From positions 1 through 53,321 of the IMG/VR virus record IMGVR_UViG_3300031463_000010: a stretch of 53,321 bases of DNA; one strand, written 5' to 3'. Source of the stretch: a virus. Its lineage: Duplodnaviria > Caudoviricetes. Within the stretch, counting starts at the first letter, position 1; each line of letters starts with the position of its first letter. The notes beneath the pieces are model-generated. The model was not told the origin of the DNA and searched no databases. It saw only the letters and a program-made list of their open reading frames with translations. Positions 16,620 through 25,826 of the stretch are shown here, piece after piece. A program made the position numbers and the translations under genes.

Positions 16620-17316
16620 TCCATCTCCTCCAGTCTATCTTGATTTCGTGTTGTGTGCACTTAACTTCTTTCGCGATCGATGTAATCACATTGCGCGCCG
16701 ACGTGTCCACCAGCACACTATTTTTGCTGTGGAATGAAGGACGCCCGTCCAGTGATAACAGGAGCATGTAGCGGTACTCCACACCATAGCGCGTGAACCA
16801 CAGCAGCGAGTTGATGTTGTCACGAAACACCCATGACATACAGGCAAAGCTGTTCAACACCGGAACCGACATCTTCAGCGTGCACACGTGCGAACGCACG
16901 ATCCAGTAGTCCCACGCAAGCACGTCGCAGATCAGACAGTTCCCTTCACGTTCCATGAATTCCTCTAACGAGCGTCGCGTGCGCTTGCTGATTGGAGTGG
17001 TTTCGTCACGGATAACGTCCAGGGCGAACACATCATGCCATTTTTTAAGCAGATTATAGTCACGGGGGGATATTCCGCGAACTTCAACCACACGCGCAGG
17101 TGCATGTACATCCCCTGTGTACGTGTTGAGTGCGAACAACTTCAGTTCGTCCACGTCACCGTAGAGCTCATACGTGTCAAACAGCCTGCGGTCATTCCAT
17201 CGCCAATACAGCTGATGCGCCACTGTCCCACCAATATACACATTGGCGACATTGGTGGTAAGGTTTCTCCTTACGTCAATCACAGTCTCATTGGAAAGAC
17301 GCAACCGTATGGACAT
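16603..17316 (-). CDS. GxxPRD-family paralogue 8
   Basis: GISPRD...SKRTRRSL...RYGVEYR. Confidence 0.7.
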   Translation of the reverse strand: MSIRLRLSNETVIDVRRNLTTNVANVYIGGTVAHQLYWRWNDRRLFDTYELYGDVDELKLFALNTYTGDVHAPARVVEVRGISPRDYNLLKKWHDVFALDVIRDETTPISKRTRRSLEEFMEREGNCLICDVLAWDYWIVRSHVCTLKMSVPVLNSFACMSWVFRDNINSLLWFTRYGVEYRYMLLLSLDGRPSFHSKNSVLVDTSARNVITSIAKEVKCTQHEIKIDWRRWNGRTS

Positions 17317-18016
17317 TGTCCGTCAACTCCCCTAATGCTATGTCCTCTGGGGCTTCCTCAAGCAGCTCTGCCAGTACCTTAAAAAGTGTACCACCCTCAC
17401 CGTACGTCGCGTAAACATTCGTGCCCAGCGCTCCTTCGGGGTAGAACGTCCCACGCAGCGCCCGCCATGTACGCCCATAGCGCAGCATGTACGCCTCAAC
17501 GTTTGGGTCGCTGCCCAGCACCATCCACATCTCATCACCGTTGCAGTCAACCTGCAGGTCGGCTTGTCCAACCACGTCCATGACAAGCGCGCGCAGCGAA
17601 CGCTGTATGTAGTCATAGTACAGGTCGCACAGTACGCAGTCGCACGCCAGATAGTGTTCCAGCGAGCGTACTGTGCGCAGGGTAATGTCATTAGGGAGGA
17701 ACGAATGTATGTCGCGTAGGAACGTCTCCGACGTACGCGCACTAAAGCCTTTCACGTAAAAGACGATGGGCCTGTCCCGCGGCGGCACACCGTGGATGAG
17801 GATATGGTGAGGATTGTCATAAATCTTACCTGTGAGTGCGTGCAAGACGCGGCTCTTTCCCACGTGCGCTGACCTGACCAGCACTTGGATGTCATTCCAG
17901 ACCCACGACAACGCCGCCCGTTGCACACCGCGTACCAACACCGCATGCAAGCGCGTGTGGTGCTTAAGCCTACTTGCCATGAGGGGTTCATCATGTATGT
18001 CAAGCATCACCGTCAT
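17288..18016 (-). CDS. GxxPRD-family paralogue 7
   Basis: GVPPRD...TLRTVRSL...YGRTWR; GGAGG RBS 6 nt before ATG 18016. Confidence 0.7.
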   Translation of the reverse strand: MTVMLDIHDEPLMASRLKHHTRLHAVLVRGVQRAALSWVWNDIQVLVRSAHVGKSRVLHALTGKIYDNPHHILIHGVPPRDRPIVFYVKGFSARTSETFLRDIHSFLPNDITLRTVRSLEHYLACDCVLCDLYYDYIQRSLRALVMDVVGQADLQVDCNGDEMWMVLGSDPNVEAYMLRYGRTWRALRGTFYPEGALGTNVYATYGEGGTLFKVLAELLEEAPEDIALGELTDNVHTVASFQ

Positions 18017-18656
18017 AGAGCACCTCCAGCTCTGGGACGTACACGTCCTCAGCCAGGCAGTCAAATGCCTCAGCAATGCTTGTACGCAGCTCTGCACCGT
18101 CGCGCGTGTAGCGCACCATGTAATAGACGCTGTGCGCACGCGTACGCCATGATACCAACCTCCAAGAACGTCCGTAGTCCAGTAAGTCCAACGCCTTTTC
18201 TAAGCTTTCGGTAAATGTCATTGTGTTGCGCCCGAACTGCCATAGCGGCACAGCGCCGCTGTAGACCATGCGCGCCTCCAGCGCTATACAGCGCTGCCCA
18301 GGGTCTACGTGGAACATGCAGACCATGTCACACTCGCGTCCACGTGCATATGCCTGCAGCGACGCCAGCGTGCGTGCGGTAAACCTGCGCATGCGCGCCA
18401 GCACTAATACCTCATCCCAAGGCATAAATAGTATAGGCATGAGCGCGTACTGGTCGCGGCGCGACAGACCAGGTATGGTGGTGTATTTCTGGTGCGTTTC
18501 GAAAACCCGTCCTGTCCTCCAGTGCACAATGTATTCCCCTGATAGGCCCTTTGTACACATTGTCACGAAGTCGCTGTCCATGGTACTCCACTGGAGTTCG
18601 ACTGCGCGCCCGCACACCTGTGCGATAACTTTCCCTTCCTGTCTACGTAGTCTCAT
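18000..18656 (-). CDS. GxxPRD-family paralogue 6
   Basis: GLSRRD...TARTLASL...YGRSWR; ATGA overlap. Confidence 0.7.
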   Translation of the reverse strand: MRLRRQEGKVIAQVCGRAVELQWSTMDSDFVTMCTKGLSGEYIVHWRTGRVFETHQKYTTIPGLSRRDQYALMPILFMPWDEVLVLARMRRFTARTLASLQAYARGRECDMVCMFHVDPGQRCIALEARMVYSGAVPLWQFGRNTMTFTESLEKALDLLDYGRSWRLVSWRTRAHSVYYMVRYTRDGAELRTSIAEAFDCLAEDVYVPELEVLYDGDA

Positions 18657-19267
18657 TTCAGACTTATCTCCTCCCACGGTGGGCAAGTTATTAAAGTTAT
18701 TGCATCCTCTGGCACGCCGCACAAGAATGCCAGCGCACGGCGTATGCCAGAGCACATATCATCATGGTAAACCTCAACATGTGTATACTGTATGAGCTTG
18801 CCAATGCGCGCGTAACGCCACGTACGCCCGTAGCTGAACGCGCGCTCCAACTCATCTCCACTGTTGGCGTTGGCATACGTATACCCGTCCCAATACGGAA
18901 GCAGCGTGCGCGTGTCCTGATACAGGAAAGGCCGCGCCAGCACCTCTCTTCGCATAATCATCTGTACCAAATCCTGTGGCGGGTACGCGCGCAGTGACGC
19001 CAGCGTGCGTGATGTCAACAAACCGCTATATGCCTCTATAATGTCCTCCCACGTCATGTCCATGACGCTGTGCAGAACGTCCCAATCGCGGGGGGATACA
19101 CCATGCAAGTTATACGTGCGCGCTGCACCGAACACCGCGCCGTCGCTGCGCGCGACGAACGGCACAATGTACCATGACGGGCTACAGTACAGTGAGACCT
19201 TATGTAGCCCGTCACTGTACTCAAAAGTGTAAGACCCCTCAACACCGTCAAGCGAGAACTTGTACAT
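18653..19267 (-). CDS. GxxPRD-family paralogue 5
   Basis: GVSPRD...TSRTLASL...RPFL...YGRTWR. Confidence 0.75.
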   Translation of the reverse strand: MYKFSLDGVEGSYTFEYSDGLHKVSLYCSPSWYIVPFVARSDGAVFGAARTYNLHGVSPRDWDVLHSVMDMTWEDIIEAYSGLLTSRTLASLRAYPPQDLVQMIMRREVLARPFLYQDTRTLLPYWDGYTYANANSGDELERAFSYGRTWRYARIGKLIQYTHVEVYHDDMCSGIRRALAFLCGVPEDAITLITCPPWEEISLK

Positions 19268-19853
19268 AATCAACCTCCTCCCACGTTGGCAGCTCTGACG
19301 CACTCACCGCGCCCTCTGGGACGCAGAGGATAGCTGCCAGTTTGCTGCGCACCACACTGCCAATGTCATGCGCCTCTACAACACATGTCACCTGCACGCC
19401 GCGTGCACTTATCATGGCGTAGCGCCATGTACGCCCATACCCGTCCAGGCGTTCCACTTCTCCCTCATCAGCGAGATAGTACATCGGCACGTTGGGGGCA
19501 GTGAGCGGCCTTATAGTGCGCACGTAAGGACGCACCACCGCGCGCCCTCCGACAGCTACATAGCACAACATGTCACGCATATCGCATTGTGCGGTGATTG
19601 ACTGCACTGCGCGGCGCGACATTCGTGACTGGCACGCGCACAACACATCACCCCACGACGCACTGAAGCACGTCGCCAGCAATCGCCAGTCGCGTGGTGG
19701 AACGCCAAAAATAGTGCGCACCTCTGGTGGGCCAAATACAAACCCATCACTGGTGCGCACCACAGGTTGTGAATTGCACCACGATAGCCGAGCTGACATC
19801 TTATCGCGTAGCACATCGTCGTGCCACTCAAAGCGGTAATCTATGCTATACAT
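19248..19853 (-). CDS. GxxPRD-family paralogue 4
   Basis: GVPPRD...SRRAVQSI...RPYV...YGRTWR; TGATG overlap. Confidence 0.75.
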   Translation of the reverse strand: MYSIDYRFEWHDDVLRDKMSARLSWCNSQPVVRTSDGFVFGPPEVRTIFGVPPRDWRLLATCFSASWGDVLCACQSRMSRRAVQSITAQCDMRDMLCYVAVGGRAVVRPYVRTIRPLTAPNVPMYYLADEGEVERLDGYGRTWRYAMISARGVQVTCVVEAHDIGSVVRSKLAAILCVPEGAVSASELPTWEEVDYVQVLA

Positions 19854-20494
19854 CAGCGCCTCCAGAAACGGGGTTTATCTACCAGCACAACATCATCTGG
19901 GGAACGCCCAAACGCATTTGCAATGAACTCGCGTACCTCTTGGAACTCGCGGTCGCGGCGCACGGCAATCACCTTCTCGTACCCGTAGACGTACACGTGC
20001 GCCGTCATCCATGTCGCCCCGAAGTCATATATTGCCTCGGCTTCCTCCTCGGTACGCCCTAGCCAATACGCGCTGGGGACGTACCAGTGCAATAGTACTG
20101 GTCTCCCAGTCTTTATGAGTGGCCGATATGTCGCTATACGCGCACTCTGCCAAAAGTCGCAGATTAAGTCGGTTGACTGTAAAACCGCGCCCAGCGATTT
20201 TAGAGCACGCGGACTGAGCCTACCGCTGTCCACAATGCGTGAGAAATCGCGCGCGTGGAACTCTAAGAGCACGCCCCAGTCGCGCGGCGGAACACCCATA
20301 ATCCTGACCTCGCGGATAGGGCCAAACATTGTGCCGTCCGCCAGGCGGACAACGTAGACCTCCCTCGGAGCGATTGAGTAGTGTACGAAGTCTTCAATCG
20401 CTCTTTCGTCCCACCAGAACGCATATTCCAGCGGACGCCCGTCCAGCGTAGAACTTCCCTCTAGGTGAAACCTAAAACGGTCAAACATTCTCAT
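19853..20494 (-). CDS. GxxPRD-family paralogue 3
   Basis: GVPPRD...SPRALKSL...RPLI...FGATWM. Confidence 0.75.
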   Translation of the reverse strand: MRMFDRFRFHLEGSSTLDGRPLEYAFWWDERAIEDFVHYSIAPREVYVVRLADGTMFGPIREVRIMGVPPRDWGVLLEFHARDFSRIVDSGRLSPRALKSLGAVLQSTDLICDFWQSARIATYRPLIKTGRPVLLHWYVPSAYWLGRTEEEAEAIYDFGATWMTAHVYVYGYEKVIAVRRDREFQEVREFIANAFGRSPDDVVLVDKPRFWRR

Positions 20495-21071
20495 TGCACG
20501 CCTCCAACTCCAGCTGGCTGGCGTGTAGCCAGCTAGCCACAACCGCGCGCACTATGCCGAGCTCTGGGAACGCGACAGGCAGCGTCCCCAGGAAGACGCC
20601 GTCTACGTAGAGGGACATCATTTGCCATCCCTCCCCGTAGTTTGAAAAGCGTAACAGCGTTTCAGCAGTATCAGCGCTCAAGAACCCATTACGCCTTTCC
20701 CATCTTACGGGTATCTGCGCGACATATGGCCGCAGCACCACCTGACGGTCATCTTGGGTTATACCGACTACATACCAGTCAAGCGGCGCGAGCATACGCA
20801 GCGAGCGGCGTGTACGCATGCTGGCGCGCCGTAGGACGTCCAACACGGTATGTAGCTCACCGTGCACGCCGCGCAGCATACTGCGGTCACGTGGCGATAC
20901 ACCTAACAGTTCTCTGAACTCCCGTGGCCCGTATATGCGGCCACTGCCCAGGTCAAGAACGTAGCTTCCGCAGTTTGGGTACGCTATCGCGTACCAACAT
21001 TGCTCGTCCTCGTACATCACGATACGGGCCTTGCCACCTTCCCAGCGGGCATTAAAGACGTAATCAGTCAT
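20481..21071 (-). CDS. GxxPRD-family paralogue 2
   Basis: GVSPRD...SMRTRRSL...RPYV...YGEGWQ. Confidence 0.75.
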   Translation of the reverse strand: MTDYVFNARWEGGKARIVMYEDEQCWYAIAYPNCGSYVLDLGSGRIYGPREFRELLGVSPRDRSMLRGVHGELHTVLDVLRRASMRTRRSLRMLAPLDWYVVGITQDDRQVVLRPYVAQIPVRWERRNGFLSADTAETLLRFSNYGEGWQMMSLYVDGVFLGTLPVAFPELGIVRAVVASWLHASQLELEACNENV

Positions 21072-21663
21072 TGCCGAACACCTCCTCCTCTAGTGGGGAA
21101 ACGTCAACCTCTCCACACCAACATGTTATAACCGCCTGTAACTCGCGTAACCCACGAGTTACAGCGAACACACCCAATCTGGTGTAGTCCACCTCCACCG
21201 ATACAATCCGCCATTCACGCCCGTAATAGGCGTAGCGGAAGCACTGTTCGAGGGTGCGCGCCCCCACGAACGTGCTCCTGTGGAGGGAAACGCTCACCCG
21301 TGGAGCACCAACATTCTTGACAAATGGACGAAAGAATGCCAGCCTGCGCGACATGTCCAACTCGCGCACATACCCTTCCGCCCCAAGTGCGGAGCATAGG
21401 GAAGCATACGTGCGCTCGGTGACATATCCGTGCGCATGCCGTATGATTTCGCGTGCCTCCCCCCAATACACGGGCAACTTGTCGCTGTCGCGTGGGGATA
21501 TGCCTCGGATAGGGATAGCCACTTCCCTTCCGTAGACCTTCCCCGTATATATGTCGTACGCGAACTCCCACTCGCTGTGGGGCTCATAGTTCCCACGGCG
21601 AGTGAGTTCGTAGTCCTCGACGGCAATCAATATCTCGCTGCCACTATGTGACCTAATCAACAT
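21064..21663 (-). CDS. GxxPRD-family paralogue 1
   Basis: GISPRD...TERTYASL...RPFV...YGREWR; GGAGG RBS before ATG 21663. Confidence 0.75.
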   Translation of the reverse strand: MLIRSHSGSEILIAVEDYELTRRGNYEPHSEWEFAYDIYTGKVYGREVAIPIRGISPRDSDKLPVYWGEAREIIRHAHGYVTERTYASLCSALGAEGYVRELDMSRRLAFFRPFVKNVGAPRVSVSLHRSTFVGARTLEQCFRYAYYGREWRIVSVEVDYTRLGVFAVTRGLRELQAVITCWCGEVDVSPLEEEVFGND

Positions 21664-22786
21664 TCCAGTCCTCCAGCTCAATCCGTCGCACCCAGTGAGG
21701 GGTGCTGGGTGCATTGCGCGGAACTACCGCGACTACCTCGAACGGTGGACGCTCCCCCCACGGCGTGTAGCCATCGGTTATTACAACGGCTACACGCACG
21801 CGAGTTTTCCGTTGCGCTTCCCGTGCGAGCGCGAGCATGTCCGTACCACCGCCGCCGACTAGCTTTACCTCGGTGGCGCGCCTTACCTGCTGCAGCGTAG
21901 CCACCTCGGTATCGCCTGTGGCGACGTACACAGGCGTATTCAGTGCCCGTGTAACCCCGTCTATTACCTCCAGCGCACGGCGCAGTTCGCGCTCCGACAT
22001 GCTCCCCGACGTATCGGCGCATAGTACGACGCTTGGCACATCGGTCACCCAGCGCGGCGTCAGTACGGGAGCGCGCGCCGCGCTCCTGCGTCCAGGACGC
22101 GTCCAACACGCACGGTTGTCCCCCTCGCGCGTGAGCGCATTTGACAGAATGCGCCGCAACAGCGCAGTAGGTGTAGGCCGTGGCGCTAAAACGCCGTCAG
22201 CCCACCTACGTAGCCCCTGCGACGCGTCCCCCCATTGCCGCACTGCCACAGCAACCTGCGCTGCAATGGCGGGAGTTTCCGCAGCGGCGGCCTCGTCCAC
22301 GGGGAGCTCCCACGGACGCTGATGGCCATCCGCACCGCTGCCAGCGAGCACAAGGCTGCTGGCGGCAATGTCGGCCAGGCCGTCGCTATTCAACTGGGAA
22401 GCATAGAACTCCGCCGTTTTTTGTGGGGGACTTTTAAAGGAGCTGGGGGTCACCGCCCCCTGTGGCAGTCGCCACGGCGGCAGCTGAAGGTCATCATTAA
22501 TCTCAGCGTCCCCTGCCAGGTTGGCAATCACCTGCGGGAGCGCTGATAGCCGAGCGTAATGACCCCGTAACAGGTGCGTGGCCTCGTGCACCAATACGGT
22601 GGCTTGCTCGGCCACGTCTAGCTGCTGCCACCAGTCGGGGTTGACGTACAGCCGCCAGCTGGTGTCAACGGCAGCCGTGCCAACCTCGGAGGATATGACC
22701 TCGCGTAGACGATACACTGCAACCGCTAGTGGGGGTGCAATCAGCGCCACCCGTGCACGTGCGCGGGAGATAACGCTACCGTTCAT
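21653..22786 (-). CDS. DUF2201-type metallopeptidase-VWA protein
   Basis: HEATH zincin motif and NLAGDAEIND; VWA MIDAS DTSGSM, GGGGTD and ITDGY. Confidence 0.88.
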   Translation of the reverse strand: MNGSVISRARARVALIAPPLAVAVYRLREVISSEVGTAAVDTSWRLYVNPDWWQQLDVAEQATVLVHEATHLLRGHYARLSALPQVIANLAGDAEINDDLQLPPWRLPQGAVTPSSFKSPPQKTAEFYASQLNSDGLADIAASSLVLAGSGADGHQRPWELPVDEAAAAETPAIAAQVAVAVRQWGDASQGLRRWADGVLAPRPTPTALLRRILSNALTREGDNRACWTRPGRRSAARAPVLTPRWVTDVPSVVLCADTSGSMSERELRRALEVIDGVTRALNTPVYVATGDTEVATLQQVRRATEVKLVGGGGTDMLALAREAQRKTRVRVAVVITDGYTPWGERPPFEVVAVVPRNAPSTPHWVRRIELEDWNVD

Positions 22787-23046
22787 CGCCCACCCCCGAG
22801 CATGACAACTGCCAAGGCCGCGTCCAGCTCGGCACTGATGTTCTCGTTCTCGTCCGCAGCCGCACCACTCTCTAGCACGCGCACCAGCTCATCACCGTGC
22901 TGGAACACGGCTTCCGCGGCTTCTGGGGATAGCCTTAGAAGCCACTCGTCAAATTCTTTCGCCCCCTGCCCCACTGGGGGGCTGGTGCGTTCCCCCATGT
23001 GCCAGGCGAGCATTGCCTTGACGCTTTTTAGACATGCCTTACGCAT
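22783..23046 (-). CDS. Hypothetical protein between the AAA and VWA genes
   Basis: GGAGG RBS; ATGA overlap with the VWA gene. Confidence 0.6.
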   Translation of the reverse strand: MRKACLKSVKAMLAWHMGERTSPPVGQGAKEFDEWLLRLSPEAAEAVFQHGDELVRVLESGAAADENENISAELDAALAVVMLGGGR

Positions 23047-23057
23047 TTCTCTCCTCC

Positions 23058-24146
23058 CTACATCATACCAATGTCACGCAAGAGTGCGGACGCGCGCCTT
23101 AAGACGTCCGTGGGGATGCGTAGGCGATTGCGCACCCCTGCCTGTGCTAGGACGCGTATGGCTGGCACGGCAACGTCCTCGGACGCCTCAAGCGCTCTTA
23201 AGATAACACCCCAGCACGCCTCCCATATTTTGGGAAGTTCTTCCGAATTGGCTGCCCACGCGGCCAGCTGTGAAAGCGCCGCCCACGCCTCCTCTGGCCG
23301 CGTGGGGAGCGGTGCTCCTGCGAGCAGCTCCTGTGGGGATGGCAATTTTACCGTCTCTACCCACCCACGGAACTGCGCTGCCGCGCCGCGCCCCACCGCC
23401 CCACAGAGCAATGGGAACGCCACCGCCCACATGGCGTCCCCGAACGTGGCGTCACAAGCCACGAGCAGTGGCAGCGCAAGACCATACCATCCCCGAGGAG
23501 TAGGCACGGTATAGTCGCCCTCAGCAACCTCGTCACCGCACAGTGGGGATGGGTGGGCATGTCCCATGGCGCGCGCGAACGCGGCAATGCGCGCACGCCA
23601 GATTGGTAGATTATTTTCCCACCCTTTAGGCAATAGGGGGATTTTAGGGGTAGGAAAGTCCGCAATCACCCCCTCTGCCCACTGGTCAACGTCAAGATTG
23701 ACCTCCACGTGGGCTAGTCTAGTAAGGACGGGTAGCGGAATATCCGCATTCCCATACTGGGCAGAGGAGTTTGTCGCTGCCACAATAGAAACACCTTGGG
23801 GTAGCGCGTGCACGCCTGCGCGCCGCTCTAGTATAAGACCTAGCGCAGCGTTCAGCGTGGCTGGACGCGCCGCGCCAAGGTCATCAAGGAACAAAATGTC
23901 CCCATCTTTCACGGCCACGAGCCAATGGGGTGGTGCTACACGCACCATCCCCTCTGTAACGTAGGGGATACCACCTAGGTCTTCGGGCAGCAGTAATGAG
24001 AGCTCTAGAACGTGGAGCGTGCGGTTTAACGCTTTTGCTATTGCACGCAGCCCAGCCGTCTTTCCGACGCCAGGGTCACCGTGCATAAGCACGGGAACAC
24101 CCGTTTGTAGCGCTATCGCAACTTGGTCTACTGTGTTATAATTCAT
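23058..24146 (-). CDS. MoxR-like AAA+ ATPase
   Basis: HGDPGVGKT, EDLGGIP, ILFLDDL, IVAATN and PTPRGW motifs; GGAGGAGG RBS before ATG 24146. Confidence 0.9.
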   Translation of the reverse strand: MNYNTVDQVAIALQTGVPVLMHGDPGVGKTAGLRAIAKALNRTLHVLELSLLLPEDLGGIPYVTEGMVRVAPPHWLVAVKDGDILFLDDLGAARPATLNAALGLILERRAGVHALPQGVSIVAATNSSAQYGNADIPLPVLTRLAHVEVNLDVDQWAEGVIADFPTPKIPLLPKGWENNLPIWRARIAAFARAMGHAHPSPLCGDEVAEGDYTVPTPRGWYGLALPLLVACDATFGDAMWAVAFPLLCGAVGRGAAAQFRGWVETVKLPSPQELLAGAPLPTRPEEAWAALSQLAAWAANSEELPKIWEACWGVILRALEASEDVAVPAIRVLAQAGVRNRLRIPTDVLRRASALLRDIGMM

Positions 24147-24167
24147 TTTCCTCCTCCAAGTGATTGC

Positions 24168-24200
24168 GTCCAACCTACACCACGGTAGTGTAGGTTGGAC
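24168..24200. other. Perfect intergenic 13-bp hairpin
   Basis: GTCCAACCTACAC-CACGGTA-GTGTAGGTTGGAC. Confidence 0.6.
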
Positions 24201-24208
24201 GGGCACGA

Positions 24209-24562
24209 CTACAGCTCAAACGCACAGAATGTAGTGCCATCTTCAGCGACGGCACGTGCGCCACCATCAGCCATTTCAACTATCAGCTTTGCTATTGGAC
24301 TGTCCTCCTCCAAGATAACCGCTTTCCCTACCTCGACGGTAGGGTACACGGTTTTATCGCACGGGTAGAATGTGTCCAATATGCGACGGGCTGCCTCGAC
24401 GTCGGGCATACCCTCATAAAACGGCGTAGGCGCGCCGCAAATTGCTAATGCCCATCTTACCTTCACTCTGGCCTCTACCTCATCGGCTTCTTCAGCCTGC
24501 GCGATGACCTCTTCAGCCTCATTGAGTGCCTCTAAAGCACTTTCCCTAAACGTCTTAAACAT
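24209..24562 (-). CDS. Hypothetical early protein (acidic)
   Basis: GGAGG RBS; operon context. Confidence 0.7.
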   Translation of the reverse strand: MFKTFRESALEALNEAEEVIAQAEEADEVEARVKVRWALAICGAPTPFYEGMPDVEAARRILDTFYPCDKTVYPTVEVGKAVILEEDSPIAKLIVEMADGGARAVAEDGTTFCAFEL

Positions 24563-24568
24563 TTTCGC

Positions 24569-24877
24569 TTACCTCCTGTATCTTATTTCAATCACAGCAA
24601 ACTTGCGCGCGCCAATAATGACGTAAGGCGCGCGCCGAAAGGCCTCGACGGCCTCCAACGCGCGCCGCTCCTCGTCCGTCAATTCTATTGGTGGACGTTC
24701 TATTGCGTCCAATAGGGCACGTGCGAACCGCAGCGTGCGTGTTCCGTCCTTTTCCCGAAATGGCACGTATCCCGTGTCAATGTGGGCCAGTGCCAGTATG
24801 CTTTTCATTATGTCCACCGCTTCAGGCAGCGGTGCACTGTCCACTTGTTTTAGTAATTCTTTTTCTTTGTTCGCCAT
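24569..24877 (-). CDS. Hypothetical early protein
   Basis: GGAGGAG RBS downstream of the promoter at 24934. Confidence 0.7.
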   Translation of the reverse strand: MANKEKELLKQVDSAPLPEAVDIMKSILALAHIDTGYVPFREKDGTRTLRFARALLDAIERPPIELTDEERRALEAVEAFRRAPYVIIGARKFAVIEIRYRR

Positions 24878-24905
24878 TTTCTTTCTCCTCCAATGTTTTG
24901 ACTAC

Positions 24906-24934
24906 ATTGTACCACAAAATTTTGCGTTTGTCAA
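24906..24934 (-). promoter_or_regulatory. Early sigma70 promoter P4
   Basis: TTGACA, 17 nt, TACAAT, with extended -10 TGTGG on the - strand. Confidence 0.85.
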
Positions 24935-24972
24935 GGGGTTAGTGCGCAAGTGACGGGGTTAGTGCGCAAGTG
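24935..24972. repeat. 18-bp direct repeat adjacent to the P4 -35 box
   Basis: GGGGTTAGTGCGCAAGTG at 24935 and 24955. Confidence 0.85.
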
Positions 24973-24974
24973 CC

Positions 24975-25014
24975 AAAAGACAACAGGGGGTTGACGCCAC
25001 CCCCTGTGTCTTTT
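24975..25014. terminator. Intrinsic terminator (bidirectional)
   Basis: AAAAGACAACAGGGGG...CCCCCTGTGTCTTTT. Confidence 0.75.
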
Positions 25015-25031
25015 GCTGGGTGCTGGAGCTG

Positions 25032-25223
25032 TCAAGATACGTGCACGATAAGGGTATCCGTGTCCTCCAACTCCTCTACTAGGCACATATCACGCTTAAC
25101 TTGGGCACGGCAGTAGCCGTGCCCGTCAAGAATGATTTTGTCGTCCTCAATACGTATGTCACCCTGTAATCGGATGTAGCCACCGTCAATGGTCACGTGC
25201 ATAATACCAAATCTCTCCTCCAT
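25032..25223 (-). CDS. Hypothetical early protein
   Basis: ATG 25223 (MEERF) after AAAGGGGG, between a promoter and a terminator. Confidence 0.6.
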   Translation of the reverse strand: MEERFGIMHVTIDGGYIRLQGDIRIEDDKIILDGHGYCRAQVKRDMCLVEELEDTDTLIVHVS

Positions 25224-25265
25224 GGTCTCTGAACCCCCTTTTTGCGGTTGTTCTATTTTACTTTC

Positions 25266-25294
25266 ATTATACCACAATGTGGTACATTTGTCAA
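25266..25294 (-). promoter_or_regulatory. Early sigma70 promoter P3
   Basis: TTGACA, 17 nt, TATAAT: perfect consensus. Confidence 0.88.
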
Positions 25295-25344
25295 GGGGGT
25301 AGAGGGGGTTTTTTCGTCTTTTTTAAGGTTTAATGGGTAGGGAT

Positions 25345-25756
25345 TGTGTTACAGAGATGTACCACAATGTCGCTAAAATCTAACTAAAGGGGTGAAAAAC
25401 TCATTGCGCAAATGTTATAACATTTCATATATAAACTACAACGTAATACCTATTCGCGTGCGGTTTTTCACCCTTTTAGTTAGATGGATGTAGATTTCTG
25501 TAGATTTTAGTTTACATAACGATGTAGATTTCGTTAGAATTTGGGTGTGTTACAGATGCAGCACAATGTACGTGGTTGTCACACAGCCGAAATTCTACGT
25601 TGTGATACGCATTTTGGGGTGAAATGTTAGAGAAATTTTTCACAACCTACGTTGTGTTACGCATTTTGGGCCAGAAATCTCTTGCAAGAACCGCAAGACA
25701 GCGGGTGAAACAGCTCTGTGCGTCAAACGGGGGTGGGGGGTGCGGGGGGTGGGGGG
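25345..25756. repeat. AT-rich non-coding region with inverted and direct repeats and a G-tract
   Basis: 23-bp inverted repeat 25378-25400 / 25463-25485 (1 mismatch); 24-bp direct repeat at 25595 and 25647 (1 mismatch); G-runs 25729-25756. Confidence 0.75.
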
Positions 25757-25768
25757 ATTATGTCAAGT

Positions 25769-25802
25769 AAAAAAGGCTGCGGTCCGTGAAAGACCAGCAG
25801 CC
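25769..25802 (-). terminator. Intrinsic terminator
   Basis: - strand GGCTGCTGGTC-TTTCACG-GACCGCAGCC-TTTTTT. Confidence 0.75.
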
Positions 25803-25826
25803 GTTCTTGGTATTTCTGACTGTGGT

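Noticed and set aside
16603-21663. Diversity-generating retroelement or shufflon behind the paralogues
   Set aside because: No reverse transcriptase, no invertase, and no near-identical template/variable repeat pair seen.
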